A stretch of 43,381 nucleotides of DNA, taken from positions 1 to 43,381 of the forward strand of contig JALGVI010000016.1 of NCBI GenBank assembly GCA_029838215.1, in the 5' to 3' direction. The notes under the pieces were generated by a model. That model was not told the DNA's origin and ran no database searches. It saw nothing but the letters and a program-made list of their open reading frames with translations. A program made the position numbers and the translations under genes. The DNA comes from Candidatus Helarchaeota archaeon. Lineage in GTDB: Archaea; Asgardarchaeota; Lokiarchaeia; Helarchaeales; RDOG01. Position 1 is the first letter of the stretch; every line of letters starts with the position of its first letter. Below, one piece after another: positions 8,980-18,167 of the stretch.

Positions 8980-9035
8980 CCTCCTTGCAATCAGTACAAT
9001 ATTCTAAGTGAGTTAATCAGTATTTTAAATTTTCG
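8980..9035 (-). promoter_or_regulatory. Putative BRE-TATA promoter and Shine-Dalgarno site for the eL41-like gene
   Basis: On the minus strand: CGAAAA (9035-9030), then TTTAAAATA (9029-9021), then AAGGAGG (8986-8980). Confidence 0.6.
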
Positions 9036-9138
9036 ATATTCGAATAGCTTTTAAGCTCTCCGTTTTTTTTTAAGATTAATTATAGATATTTGGAGATAAA
9101 TCAATTTATTTTTTTCTTTTAAATCATTTAATACGATT

Positions 9139-10017
9139 TCATTTTAGATTATCCTTTTGAAAATTATGGCTATTTTGTTTTAAATATTGTTTTTGAAGTT
9201 CGGTTTCCTTGAAGTATCGCGCCCAATCGCTATATTCACCATGATATACAAAAACGTATAGGGCATTAAAAATGTAGAAAACGGCGAAGATAAGCCAAAC
9301 AGTCCAAAAATTTGGATTAATTAACGTTGTAATCGCGCAAATGATAATCATGTAAATGACACCTGTCAAACCACCGGTCAGATAGCACATTCTTCGACCC
9401 TTGAAACCAATTTGCAAGAATTGGGCATAATTTTCAACCCAGCACGGCTCAAGCTTGTGAATCCAGAAAAAAGGTTCCACGTTATAGATTTTCTTCAACA
9501 CGTAATAATGAACAAACACGCGAATGCCTGCCATTGTCGTTATGGCGCTGGCGGTCCAAAGACCCAATCCAAGAAGGTATGTTAAAAGAAAAGCGAAGAA
9601 ATTTTGTCCTAAAAGCCAAAAAAACACTTCTTCGAAGAAGTAAACATCGAGAAGGCGAATTAATTCATTGAAAGTGTAGAAAAATTGCAAGAAAAATACA
9701 TTTTCTACGAAATTAAATAACCAGAAAAAGTTTAGAAGCATTCCAGCAATCAATGCCAGTATTCCAAACAGGAATCCCACGTTTTTCGAATAAATGTTAA
9801 AGGTAATTAGTGAGGTGCGTCGGATTCGTCCCAGTGGTTCGGCGAGTTCTTTTGGCACGCGGTCATATTTCAGTTTTACATCACGCATTATCGTCCGAAC
9901 ACGTCTTCGCTCTTGATCGCTTAAATAGCCTTTATTTTCTAACTGAAGTATTTCCTTTAACAGTTCTTCATCCATGAAATTCATTCCATAACCATATCTG
10001 TCTACCGATACTTTCAC
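9139..10017 (-). CDS. Hypothetical multi-pass membrane protein coupled to the thiolase operon
   Basis: A soluble N-terminal segment is followed by several hydrophobic helices. The GTG start overlaps the thiolase TGA (GTGA). Confidence 0.7.
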   Translation of the reverse strand: MKVSVDRYGYGMNFMDEELLKEILQLENKGYLSDQERRRVRTIMRDVKLKYDRVPKELAEPLGRIRRTSLITFNIYSKNVGFLFGILALIAGMLLNFFWLFNFVENVFFLQFFYTFNELIRLLDVYFFEEVFFWLLGQNFFAFLLTYLLGLGLWTASAITTMAGIRVFVHYYVLKKIYNVEPFFWIHKLEPCWVENYAQFLQIGFKGRRMCYLTGGLTGVIYMIIICAITTLINPNFWTVWLIFAVFYIFNALYVFVYHGEYSDWARYFKETELQKQYLKQNSHNFQKDNLK

Positions 10018-11201
10018 GGCTTTTTATTGGTCAAAATATTCACGCAAGCAACAGCTAGTGGACCACCAAGATTATGTTGTAGTCCTATTTCCGCCCCATC
10101 GACTTGCCTCTTGCCAGCTTCATTCCGTAATTGGAACCAATTCTCGCAAATTTGTCCAATACCTGTGGCACCAATGGGATGACCTTTGGCTTTTAATCCT
10201 CCAGAGGTATTCACGGGAATTCGACCACCGAGTTCCACTTCACCTTCGTCAATAAGCTTGCCTCCATCTCCAGGATTGCAAAAACCTAAATCTTCATAGT
10301 CAAGCAATTCAGTAAAAGTGAAACAATCATGAACTTCGGCAAAGTCGATGTCTTTTGCTTCAATCCGTGCCATCTTATAGGCGGCTCTTGCCGCGTTTAC
10401 CGTTGCATGCGCCGATGTTAGACTCCGGCGATTTGGAAGCCAATAGGTATCCGTAGAAAGGGCAGTTCCGAGCAAGTAAAGCGGGGCATCGGTGTACTTC
10501 AATGCATTTTCAGCGCGAGTTAAAATCACGACGGCGGCACCATCAGTTTGCGGGCAGCAATCAAAGAGACGAAAAGGATAGCTAACCATTGGAGCAGTGC
10601 TCGCCTGTTCTTCAGTAATTTCGAAACTGAAGTGAGAGAAAGGACAAAAAGTACCATTGTGATGATTCTTTACTGCAATCTTTGATAGTTGAGATCGTCT
10701 TTCTTCTTCATTTCTTGCGTATTTGTGCATGTGAGCATTTGCATACATGGCAAAATAACTGGCGGCAATCAGCCCTCGATTATATACCTGTTCTCGAGCA
10801 GCTACGAAACGAAGAAACCCTTCAGGGTGCTTTTCACGCATTTTCTCAGCACCAACAACCATTACAGTTTCATAGACACCGGCAGCAATGGACATTGCGG
10901 CATTTCGGAAGGCGTCAGATCCGGTTGCACAGGCATTTTCATTTCGGCTTACGGGAATGTCCTTCAGTTGTGGTAATGCAGAGATCAAGGCAGCACCAGA
11001 AGGAACGTCCCGCTGACAGGATGCCGCACCATCACAAGTCCCTAACCAAGCTGCTTCTATCTCTTTTTCTAAATCGATACCTTTATCCACATTTTCCACG
11101 CAATGATTAGTAGCTTCCACGATCAGGTCGAAAAAACTCTTATCAAACAATTCACCAAATTTTACGAGACCTGCACCCACCACGGCAACCTTGCCTCTCA
11201 T
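10014..11201 (-). CDS. Archaeal/SCP2-type thiolase family protein
   Basis: Contains ENACATGSDA (catalytic Cys), CCPQTDGAA, AEVHDCFT, NTSGGLKAKGHPIGATG and QHNLGG. Preceded by a GGAGG SD. Confidence 0.95.
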   Translation of the reverse strand: MRGKVAVVGAGLVKFGELFDKSFFDLIVEATNHCVENVDKGIDLEKEIEAAWLGTCDGAASCQRDVPSGAALISALPQLKDIPVSRNENACATGSDAFRNAAMSIAAGVYETVMVVGAEKMREKHPEGFLRFVAAREQVYNRGLIAASYFAMYANAHMHKYARNEEERRSQLSKIAVKNHHNGTFCPFSHFSFEITEEQASTAPMVSYPFRLFDCCPQTDGAAVVILTRAENALKYTDAPLYLLGTALSTDTYWLPNRRSLTSAHATVNAARAAYKMARIEAKDIDFAEVHDCFTFTELLDYEDLGFCNPGDGGKLIDEGEVELGGRIPVNTSGGLKAKGHPIGATGIGQICENWFQLRNEAGKRQVDGAEIGLQHNLGGPLAVACVNILTNKKP

Positions 11202-11596
11202 TCAGTCTCCTCCTGCAAGATCTTGAATTTGGGACCGTAATATAGCATTCCATCCTTATCAGACATCCTACGTATTACGACCTCAACGGGCATTCCTATC
11301 TTGAGATCTTTTTCAGATTTAATCTCGGTAAATTGAGACATTAGCCGACCGCCTCCATCTAATTCAACGACACCAATTGCTAAAGGCTTGTCAAATTCTT
11401 TCGGCAAATAATGATTGACAATGAAGCTCAAAACTTTCCCAGTTGAACTCATTTGAATTTCCTCCAATTCTTGGCTTCCGCATTCAACACAAACCCGTCT
11501 TAAAGGATAATTCACGTGCTCACATTTTAGACATTTCAAACCTTTTAATTGAAATATGGATTTCTTTTCACGCCAAATATAAGGTAAATCGGTCAT
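11198..11596 (-). CDS. DUF35-type Zn-ribbon/OB-fold protein
   Basis: Contains CLKC...YPLRRVCVEC, GKVLSF, IGVVELDGGGR and IGMPVEVVIRR. Overlaps the thiolase start by 4 nt. Confidence 0.95.
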   Translation of the reverse strand: MTDLPYIWREKKSIFQLKGLKCLKCEHVNYPLRRVCVECGSQELEEIQMSSTGKVLSFIVNHYLPKEFDKPLAIGVVELDGGGRLMSQFTEIKSEKDLKIGMPVEVVIRRMSDKDGMLYYGPKFKILQEETE

Positions 11597-11614
11597 TGTA
11601 ATTCATCCTTTCAA

Positions 11615-12619
11615 TCAAATTAAACCCAAATATTGAAGATACGTTGGATATGAAATCAACGCCTTATTTTTTATGAAATGATCAACCGCAGGTTTTGCCC
11701 GACCGTTCTGAATGGCTGAAGTTGTTTTCAAGCTAAACGCATGAGTGCCACCAGATCCCCAACTTGCACAAAGAATGGTTTGATCGGGTTCAGCATTATC
11801 AAGGACTTTCGCCAATCCCATCAGCACGGAAGAAACCCCTATATCACCAAAATATTGCACGATATTTCCGACTTCTAATTTCTTAAGATCCAACTTGACG
11901 GATTTAGCTATTTGAATGGGAATTCTACCATCGTTTTGCTGGAAAATGACGTGATCATAGTCGTTAACTTCTCGGTTGACTTGGTTTGTTAATTGCTTGA
12001 TCGCATTTTTCATCGTCTTGATGATTCCAAACTGACGCACGAAACGGTCATCACCAGCATGATATTCGCCATCAACAGGTCGCCATCGTTCCGAGATCTC
12101 AGATGAAAATGAAGTGAATCCTTCAAATACGGCGATGGGTTCCAGATTACCAATTATCCAACTCGTGCCTCCCGCACCAAATGACCCTTCTAGATTTGAT
12201 CCGGGTCTCGACAACAGGGAATCAGCCGTGACCACCATGCTAAGGTCGTTTGGATTCAACTGACAATGATTCGTCGCTTCTTCAAGGGCAAAGCTTCCTG
12301 CCCGAGCAGAACCCCCTAAATCGACATTTTTTGATTGTTCGTCAAGACCCAACATGGAAAGGAGTAATGTCGATATCTGTTTTTCAATGAAAGGTGAAGA
12401 AACAGAAGCAAAATATAACGATTTGATTCTTGCAATCTCCAGCCCAGAACTCAGCGAATTCTTTGCCGCAGAAAGAGCTAACGTGATGGTATCTTCATCC
12501 CTATATGGCACGGACTTTTCTTTCACTCCAGCAGAACTCTTATTCCAAACTTTTTTGAGTTCGCCAGATGAAATGCGATACCTTGGCACGTAACATCCGT
12601 AGCTGATAATGCCAACCAT
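11615..12619 (-). CDS. HMG-CoA synthase-like protein with catalytic residues substituted (PhlA-like pseudoenzyme)
   Basis: Contains GIISYGCYVPRYRI, EDTITLA, GSFGAGG and GDIG, consistent with the HMGS fold. It has SVS in place of SES, SARAG in place of ACKAG, and FQQN in place of FHQP. Confidence 0.85.
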   Translation of the reverse strand: MVGIISYGCYVPRYRISSGELKKVWNKSSAGVKEKSVPYRDEDTITLALSAAKNSLSSGLEIARIKSLYFASVSSPFIEKQISTLLLSMLGLDEQSKNVDLGGSARAGSFALEEATNHCQLNPNDLSMVVTADSLLSRPGSNLEGSFGAGGTSWIIGNLEPIAVFEGFTSFSSEISERWRPVDGEYHAGDDRFVRQFGIIKTMKNAIKQLTNQVNREVNDYDHVIFQQNDGRIPIQIAKSVKLDLKKLEVGNIVQYFGDIGVSSVLMGLAKVLDNAEPDQTILCASWGSGGTHAFSLKTTSAIQNGRAKPAVDHFIKNKALISYPTYLQYLGLI

Positions 12620-12763
12620 TATTGAAATTCTCCAATAAAAATGATTCTTTTTATCAATGATTTTCAGCGATGGAATAAGAAGTTTTAGATATAAATCATG
12701 ATATATCGAATTTCATCAAATTAAACGAAATCATGTAATTTTTCCTCCAAAAAATCCTGTTTT

Positions 12764-13813
12764 TTAATTCATTTGGAGAACGTCATCAACAAGTTTGGCA
12801 TTTAAAAAACTTTGATATCGCCTGACGATGCATTTTAAGGAGGAAATGGAATATTTAATCGGCAAAAAGCCAAAATCCTTATCAATCTTGTAAAGATCGA
12901 GGCTCCCAACTCTTCGCAACCAATGATCAATGATTAAAATCGTCTTTCTCAAGTTAAGAGTTCGAATGAAATAATAATCAATCAAGCCAAGTCCGAGCCC
13001 GAAAACGGCACCGAAGATAATAAAAAAGAGGTATGAGTCCGTGCAAAAATATAGGAAAAGTATTAAAGCACTAATGGCACAACAGATAAGTCCCGAATAA
13101 AGCAATACCCTTGGTGCTTTAACGTTATCATACAAGTATTGCTTGTCGATGATCTTCACATCACTTCGAATTAACTTCCCTTTATCTAAATATAAATAAG
13201 GATTTAGGTATCCTGCACGAATTCCACGCGATAAAGTTCGCTGTAATCGCAAGATTCCGTATGGGCATCGAACTTCGTAAAGATTCATTTCTCTTATTTC
13301 TTCATCTATTGGAATGAACTGGTTAATGATGATGAAATCAACTTCATGACGGAGATGCCACAGGATAAAACCAATAATACCGCACGTCAAAGACAAAATA
13401 ATAATGGGTACCGCAAAAACCACGGAACCAACATGAGAATAGATGCAAAGACTTGCATCGAGACAAATTATTGCCGCACTCGAACTTCCGAAGCCAAAAC
13501 CAAACACGCAAATATTGCATTTTTCCGTTCCAAGACCGAACCAAAGAAAGAAGAAAATACCGATTACAAACGTTGCGGAAGCAATGTCAAAAAAAATCAC
13601 GGAATTTAAATGATCTTGAGGAGAAACAAAACCTTGTAGATATGGATAAATAGAAATGAAACTCGGAAGTTCGAGTAATATAATGGAATTCATCAATTGA
13701 ACGAGAGTCAAGACTGTAAGACCCAAGATTGTAAAAATAATTGCCAAGAGAGGATTTTTCCAATCGCGTTTTATTTTAATTCGTCCTTCTAGTTCCAACA
13801 TGAAACTCGCCAT
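12764..13813 (-). CDS. Hypothetical membrane protein
   Basis: Long ORF with about four N-terminal hydrophobic helices, a soluble middle and two further helices. No recognisable motif. Confidence 0.6.
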   Translation of the reverse strand: MASFMLELEGRIKIKRDWKNPLLAIIFTILGLTVLTLVQLMNSIILLELPSFISIYPYLQGFVSPQDHLNSVIFFDIASATFVIGIFFFLWFGLGTEKCNICVFGFGFGSSSAAIICLDASLCIYSHVGSVVFAVPIIILSLTCGIIGFILWHLRHEVDFIIINQFIPIDEEIREMNLYEVRCPYGILRLQRTLSRGIRAGYLNPYLYLDKGKLIRSDVKIIDKQYLYDNVKAPRVLLYSGLICCAISALILFLYFCTDSYLFFIIFGAVFGLGLGLIDYYFIRTLNLRKTILIIDHWLRRVGSLDLYKIDKDFGFLPIKYSISSLKCIVRRYQSFLNAKLVDDVLQMN

Positions 13814-13956
13814 TAAAATGGATAAAGCGATAAAATTCGTGAGTCGTAATTAAAATCGCACCATTGATGCTTTTATTCAATCACTTCATTATTATTAAAG
13901 AAGATTCAATCTTATCAAGATTAAAAAAATCGCCTCAACCAGAGGTGTTTTAAAAA

Positions 13957-14967
13957 TTGATGATGAATAAAAAAATATTGTTAAAGGGCTCGATTGCTGG
14001 ACTACTTTGTTTCATGCTTGCATTCGGTTTTATGTCCGTTGTTATAGCGCGTCCTGGTTGTGCGCCCTCAGATTCTGAGATCCCTGAATGGAATCTCAGA
14101 TGGGAAGGAGACTTACTCACCGAAGCCTCAACGGTTTTGGGAATTGCTCTCCCAACAATTTTGGACTTGACTTTTTGGGGACAAATCTGGACACAAAATG
14201 AAACGGTGAATCCCGACGAACTTGCAGCGGTCGCTTTTACAGTGACGTCAGATCTGCAATTTAGTTTTTGGGACATACAGGTACCAACTCTTCTCACGCC
14301 TCTTGTTAGACGAATAATTCCCGAATTTACGGGAGGATCTATTTGGAATGTGGCAAATTCGGCTTTTAACAAGGCGGTCACGGCTTTAAATTCGACCACA
14401 AATAGAGGCACGTGGACAATTGTTGACTCCGTCACGTTCATTCCCGGTTTGGATCACGTTCTAGCCGTTGAACTGGAATCTACGGAAATAAATGCCACGT
14501 TTGTTCTCGGTACTTCTGATTCTGTGGTAATCATGGGAATTGCTCTTAATGTTTCTCAATATGAGCAAGGTGATTTTGGAAGTTTGGGCACGCTATCGCT
14601 AGACCAACTAGCAAACTTGACTTTAACAGAGGTAATCGATTATCTTATTGAACCGGTCATTGCAAATGCCAATTTAACTTCGCTTTTCGGTGCTCTTACT
14701 GGACTGGACTTTTTAGGCGGTGGTTTTGGAGCCTTTAGCTTTGGTAGCTTCTTTTCTTCAAATGTCGCTGAGCCAATTACCCTTAGCTCAAAAGCAAGTG
14801 GAAGCGACGTTGCTGATTCCCAAACAATCGCAACACTAGAAGGATTAATGGGTACCGCACTCTCTCAAGCAGAACTCTTCGATTTAATAGTTGCTGGCAT
14901 AATAATGGCCATCCCAATGGTTGCAATTGTTGCGGCTTCGGCAATGGCTCTTAAAGGGAAGGATTAA
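13957..14967 (+). CDS. Secreted/surface protein with a signal peptide and C-terminal membrane anchor
   Basis: The N-terminus has KK, a hydrophobic stretch and VVIA-RP. The body is Thr/Ser/Asn-rich with several N-x-S/T sequons. The C-terminus has a hydrophobic helix and a KGKD tail. Confidence 0.75.
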   Translation: MMMNKKILLKGSIAGLLCFMLAFGFMSVVIARPGCAPSDSEIPEWNLRWEGDLLTEASTVLGIALPTILDLTFWGQIWTQNETVNPDELAAVAFTVTSDLQFSFWDIQVPTLLTPLVRRIIPEFTGGSIWNVANSAFNKAVTALNSTTNRGTWTIVDSVTFIPGLDHVLAVELESTEINATFVLGTSDSVVIMGIALNVSQYEQGDFGSLGTLSLDQLANLTLTEVIDYLIEPVIANANLTSLFGALTGLDFLGGGFGAFSFGSFFSSNVAEPITLSSKASGSDVADSQTIATLEGLMGTALSQAELFDLIVAGIIMAIPMVAIVAASAMALKGKD

Positions 14968-14970
14968 GTC

Positions 14971-14995
14971 TCTTTTTTTCGTTTTTTTTTTTTTT
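14971..14995 (+). terminator. Oligo-T archaeal terminator
   Basis: T7 and T14 tracts immediately follow the stop codon at 14967. Confidence 0.65.
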
Positions 14996-15085
14996 CTATT
15001 TTAATCTCAAGCAATTTTCCAGAATCCAATAACTTTAGAAGAAATTCGGCAAATTTTTTTAACCTGAATGAGCTACTTGTAAGAG

Positions 15086-16045
15086 ATGATGGATAAATTC
15101 ATCACGAAGAATAAGTTGGTTTTGGCACCACTCTTGGGAGTGAGTAACCGCCCGTTCCGCAAGTTATGTCGACAATACGGAGCAGGTCTCGTCTATATTC
15201 CCATGATACACGTGGAAAGAATCATTCATGATTCCAAAGAAATTCATAAGTTTTTGTCAATCATCCAAAAAGATAATCCCATTGCCGTGCAAATTATTGG
15301 AAATGATCCAATTAACTTCAAGCTGGCAATGGATGTTTTAAATTCCCATAATTTTATCATCGATCTCAATTTTGGCTGCCCTTCAATCAAGATGCGGACA
15401 TCAAAACGCGGCGGATATCTCCTTAAACACCCCGATAAAGTCAGGGAAATCGTTCAAACCGTTGTCAAATATTCAAAAAACCCAGTTTCGGCAAAAATAA
15501 GAACGGGTTGGGATGAAAATTCTGTAAATGCACTTGAAATTGCTCGCATCTTGGAGGAAGAAGGAGTCCAACTCCTCGCCATCCACGGAAAAACCGTTCT
15601 TGCAAGATATCGGCAAGGAGTCAATCTCAAAATAATAAAAAAAATCAAGGAACGAGCAAATATTCCCATTATTGGAAATGGAGAGATTTTTTCACCGGTG
15701 GACGTGAGCGCCATGATTTCAGAAACTAATTGCGACTACGTGATGATCGGACGTGCCAGCATCGGCAATCCTTTTTTTTTCAAGCAGTGTCGAGAATGGC
15801 TAGATTCAAAAATCGAACTCGAACGCACGCGTTCAGTGATTATAAAGCAGATCGAAGAATTTCGTGAATTATGTGAAAAAGAACCACGCACGATTGAGAA
15901 ATTGAACTTTCCAGTTTTTAAAAATTTCTGCCTACACGCAGTCAAACATCTCAAAAATGCAAGAAAGTGGCGGATCTTGATAACCCAAACCAAAAACGAA
16001 AATGAGCTCCTTCAGGTACTGAAAGCTTTAAAAGGGGAGAAATGA
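15086..16045 (+). CDS. dus: tRNA-dihydrouridine synthase (Dus family)
   Basis: Contains LAPLLGVSNRPFR, VQIIG, IDLNFGCPS (catalytic Cys), VSAKIRTGWD, AIHGKT, IPIIGNGEI and VMIGRASIGNP. Confidence 0.93.
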   Translation: MMDKFITKNKLVLAPLLGVSNRPFRKLCRQYGAGLVYIPMIHVERIIHDSKEIHKFLSIIQKDNPIAVQIIGNDPINFKLAMDVLNSHNFIIDLNFGCPSIKMRTSKRGGYLLKHPDKVREIVQTVVKYSKNPVSAKIRTGWDENSVNALEIARILEEEGVQLLAIHGKTVLARYRQGVNLKIIKKIKERANIPIIGNGEIFSPVDVSAMISETNCDYVMIGRASIGNPFFFKQCREWLDSKIELERTRSVIIKQIEEFRELCEKEPRTIEKLNFPVFKNFCLHAVKHLKNARKWRILITQTKNENELLQVLKALKGEK

Positions 16046-16193
16046 TAAATAAAAGCAATTTACAGGTCTTTTTTATCGAAATTCATCAAGGCTTCACTTT
16101 AAAATAACCCTGTAATAAAAAAACAAGAATATCTAATTATTCAAAAAAAAATTGATTTATTATTACCAAAAAAATCGTCAGGAAATGATATGA

Positions 16194-17453
16194 ATGAACG
16201 AATCTTACATGTCGTGTTGCGATTGGAGTAAATGCACTTTTTGTGGTAATTGTCTAATGAAATGCCCGTATTTGGAACTTGAAAAAGAAGATGCCGTTTC
16301 AGAAATAAAGAAACTGATTGCTGGTGAGCCCGCAAATTTAGTTTTTGATAATTGCGCAAAATGCTTTAATTGCAATCGCTATTGCCCTGAAAACTTGAGA
16401 CCGGCAGATTTAATCACGCAAAGAATCATCGAAAATAGGAACGGAAAAGTGCCATATTTCTTGACCTATTTGATTAATTCAATGCCAACGGGATCCTTGA
16501 TGCAAGACATGTATGCAAGATTGACGCGGGATGAAAAAGAAATTTTGGAAAAATGGGAGGAAATCCCCCCTTCGGGAACAGATGAGATTCTCTTCATCGG
16601 TTGCATTGGTCGCATATCTTGTTATGACATAGAAAATTCGCAAGTTTTGAAGGATTTACCGAAATTTAGTCCTGCAGATATATGTTGTGGAGAGCTTGCT
16701 TATCGCATGATCGGTTGGGAGTGCTATTCGGACCTCGTGGAGCGAACCTTGAAGAGATTTGAAGAATTGAACATTAAGAGAATGGTATGTTATTGCGGTT
16801 CATGTTACAACTTCTTCTCAAACATCTTACCAAACGTATATGGCAAGAGCCTACCGTTTGAACTGGTCTCTCTGTATGAATGGATGCTTCAAAAAATAGA
16901 AAATGGAGAGCTCGAAGTCAAAAACCCATTAAACTATACTGCAGCCGTCTCGGAATCTTGCTACGTGAGCGAGCTAGGACCTGAGTTTCAGGAGATACTT
17001 CGCAAGCTTTATCGAGCAGCAGGAGCAGACCTCGTTGAATTGAAACATCATGGAGACTATAATCTATCGTGTGGTTGCGCGTGTGCTTCCGCCAGACCTA
17101 ACAAATTAATGAGGAGCCTCATAAAAGGACAACGTAAAAAACACAAGGAATTAAAGGAGGCAAATATCAAGGAAGCAATAGTAAATTGTCCAGGTTGCAT
17201 GATTTTTCTTTCGCTCACGAATCGATTACTCGGCAAGAAAAAATGGCATTATGCGATGGATGATCTATTGGGGGCTTTTGGCGATGAGATTACGAAACCG
17301 CTGAATAAAAGAACGGGATTTTTCATCAGGACCATCATGCCAAAATTTCTGAAGCTCTATAAAAAAGTGAAGTATCCAATGCCGCGGATTCCGGTTGTCG
17401 GTCCCGTTCCTGGTAACTGGAAAGAAAAATCAAAATGGACTGAAAAAAAATAA
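16194..17453 (+). CDS. HdrD/GlpC-like Fe-S protein (two 4Fe-4S motifs plus CCG domains)
   Basis: Contains CTFCGNCLMKCP and CAKCFNCNRYCP, CCGE...YCGSC, and a degenerate second domain SCGCAC...NCPGC. Confidence 0.85.
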   Translation: MNESYMSCCDWSKCTFCGNCLMKCPYLELEKEDAVSEIKKLIAGEPANLVFDNCAKCFNCNRYCPENLRPADLITQRIIENRNGKVPYFLTYLINSMPTGSLMQDMYARLTRDEKEILEKWEEIPPSGTDEILFIGCIGRISCYDIENSQVLKDLPKFSPADICCGELAYRMIGWECYSDLVERTLKRFEELNIKRMVCYCGSCYNFFSNILPNVYGKSLPFELVSLYEWMLQKIENGELEVKNPLNYTAAVSESCYVSELGPEFQEILRKLYRAAGADLVELKHHGDYNLSCGCACASARPNKLMRSLIKGQRKKHKELKEANIKEAIVNCPGCMIFLSLTNRLLGKKKWHYAMDDLLGAFGDEITKPLNKRTGFFIRTIMPKFLKLYKKVKYPMPRIPVVGPVPGNWKEKSKWTEKK

Positions 17454-17492
17454 ACTTATTTTTTTTATTAAACGTTTCATTTCTAAAAAGTT

Positions 17493-18167
17493 CTAATTGA
17501 CTCGGTTCTCCGCGGAATCGGCTTTTTCTCGTGAAGACTTATTAAAAATTCGCTGAATGGGTCGGTAAATTCCCACTGCAACATCAATTATGGCATCTAT
17601 GAAATTCTTTACAATAAAAGAATTGATTATCAAGATGAATATGATGATGAATAGGACCGAAAATGCGGCGGCAACAACTTCATGAGAGACAAAAATCGAA
17701 AAGCCTGCAATGCTCATGAGTACTGTCGTGACGATCCTAAAGAAATTGGCAAAAATTAAGGCGGGATAAAAGAAAATCAATGCAATGCCCTTGAGGAGCC
17801 ACTGTTTTTTTGAAGAGTGAGGAGGAGTAGCGATGACCATTGCTGTTATGAGAGATAGTGCTTCGATTCCCGTGCAGATGTTAATGATCTGAAAACCAGT
17901 CGGATAAAGAGGACCGTTAATTATCATTATATTACTGGGAGAATACAAAGCAACGTAATTAAAATAGAGGACCGTCTGAATGCCCATCAAGTCAAGGATG
18001 AATTTTGCTCCCAACGCGGTTATGAAGAGCATTGTAAAATTGTCCAAAAGAAGAAATAAAATGATGGTCAGGCTTATCACGATGATTAAGTAAATTATTG
18101 AGTTTTTCAAGGAGATATTTTCACCTACACGATAAGTGTCGGGCATCTGTGATGTTGATTGGCTCAT
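17493..18167 (-). CDS. Archaeosortase/exosortase family transpeptidase
   Basis: Membrane protein with the Cys-Arg-His triad pattern: IINICTG, ANFFRIV and SHE. Confidence 0.85.
   Translation of the reverse strand: MSQSTSQMPDTYRVGENISLKNSIIYLIIVISLTIILFLLLDNFTMLFITALGAKFILDLMGIQTVLYFNYVALYSPSNIMIINGPLYPTGFQIINICTGIEALSLITAMVIATPPHSSKKQWLLKGIALIFFYPALIFANFFRIVTTVLMSIAGFSIFVSHEVVAAAFSVLFIIIFILIINSFIVKNFIDAIIDVAVGIYRPIQRIFNKSSREKADSAENRVN

Noticed and set aside
11615-12619. Functional mevalonate-pathway HMG-CoA synthase
   Set aside because: The catalytic Glu, Cys and His are all substituted.
16194-17453. Selenocysteine read-through or SECIS near the Fe-S gene
   Set aside because: The ORF is complete, with Cys at all motif positions and no in-frame TGA. 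I saw no convincing SECIS hairpin.
13957-18167. The surface protein as substrate of the nearby archaeosortase
   Set aside because: No recognisable conserved tripeptide motif precedes its TM anchor, and the genes are in different transcription units.
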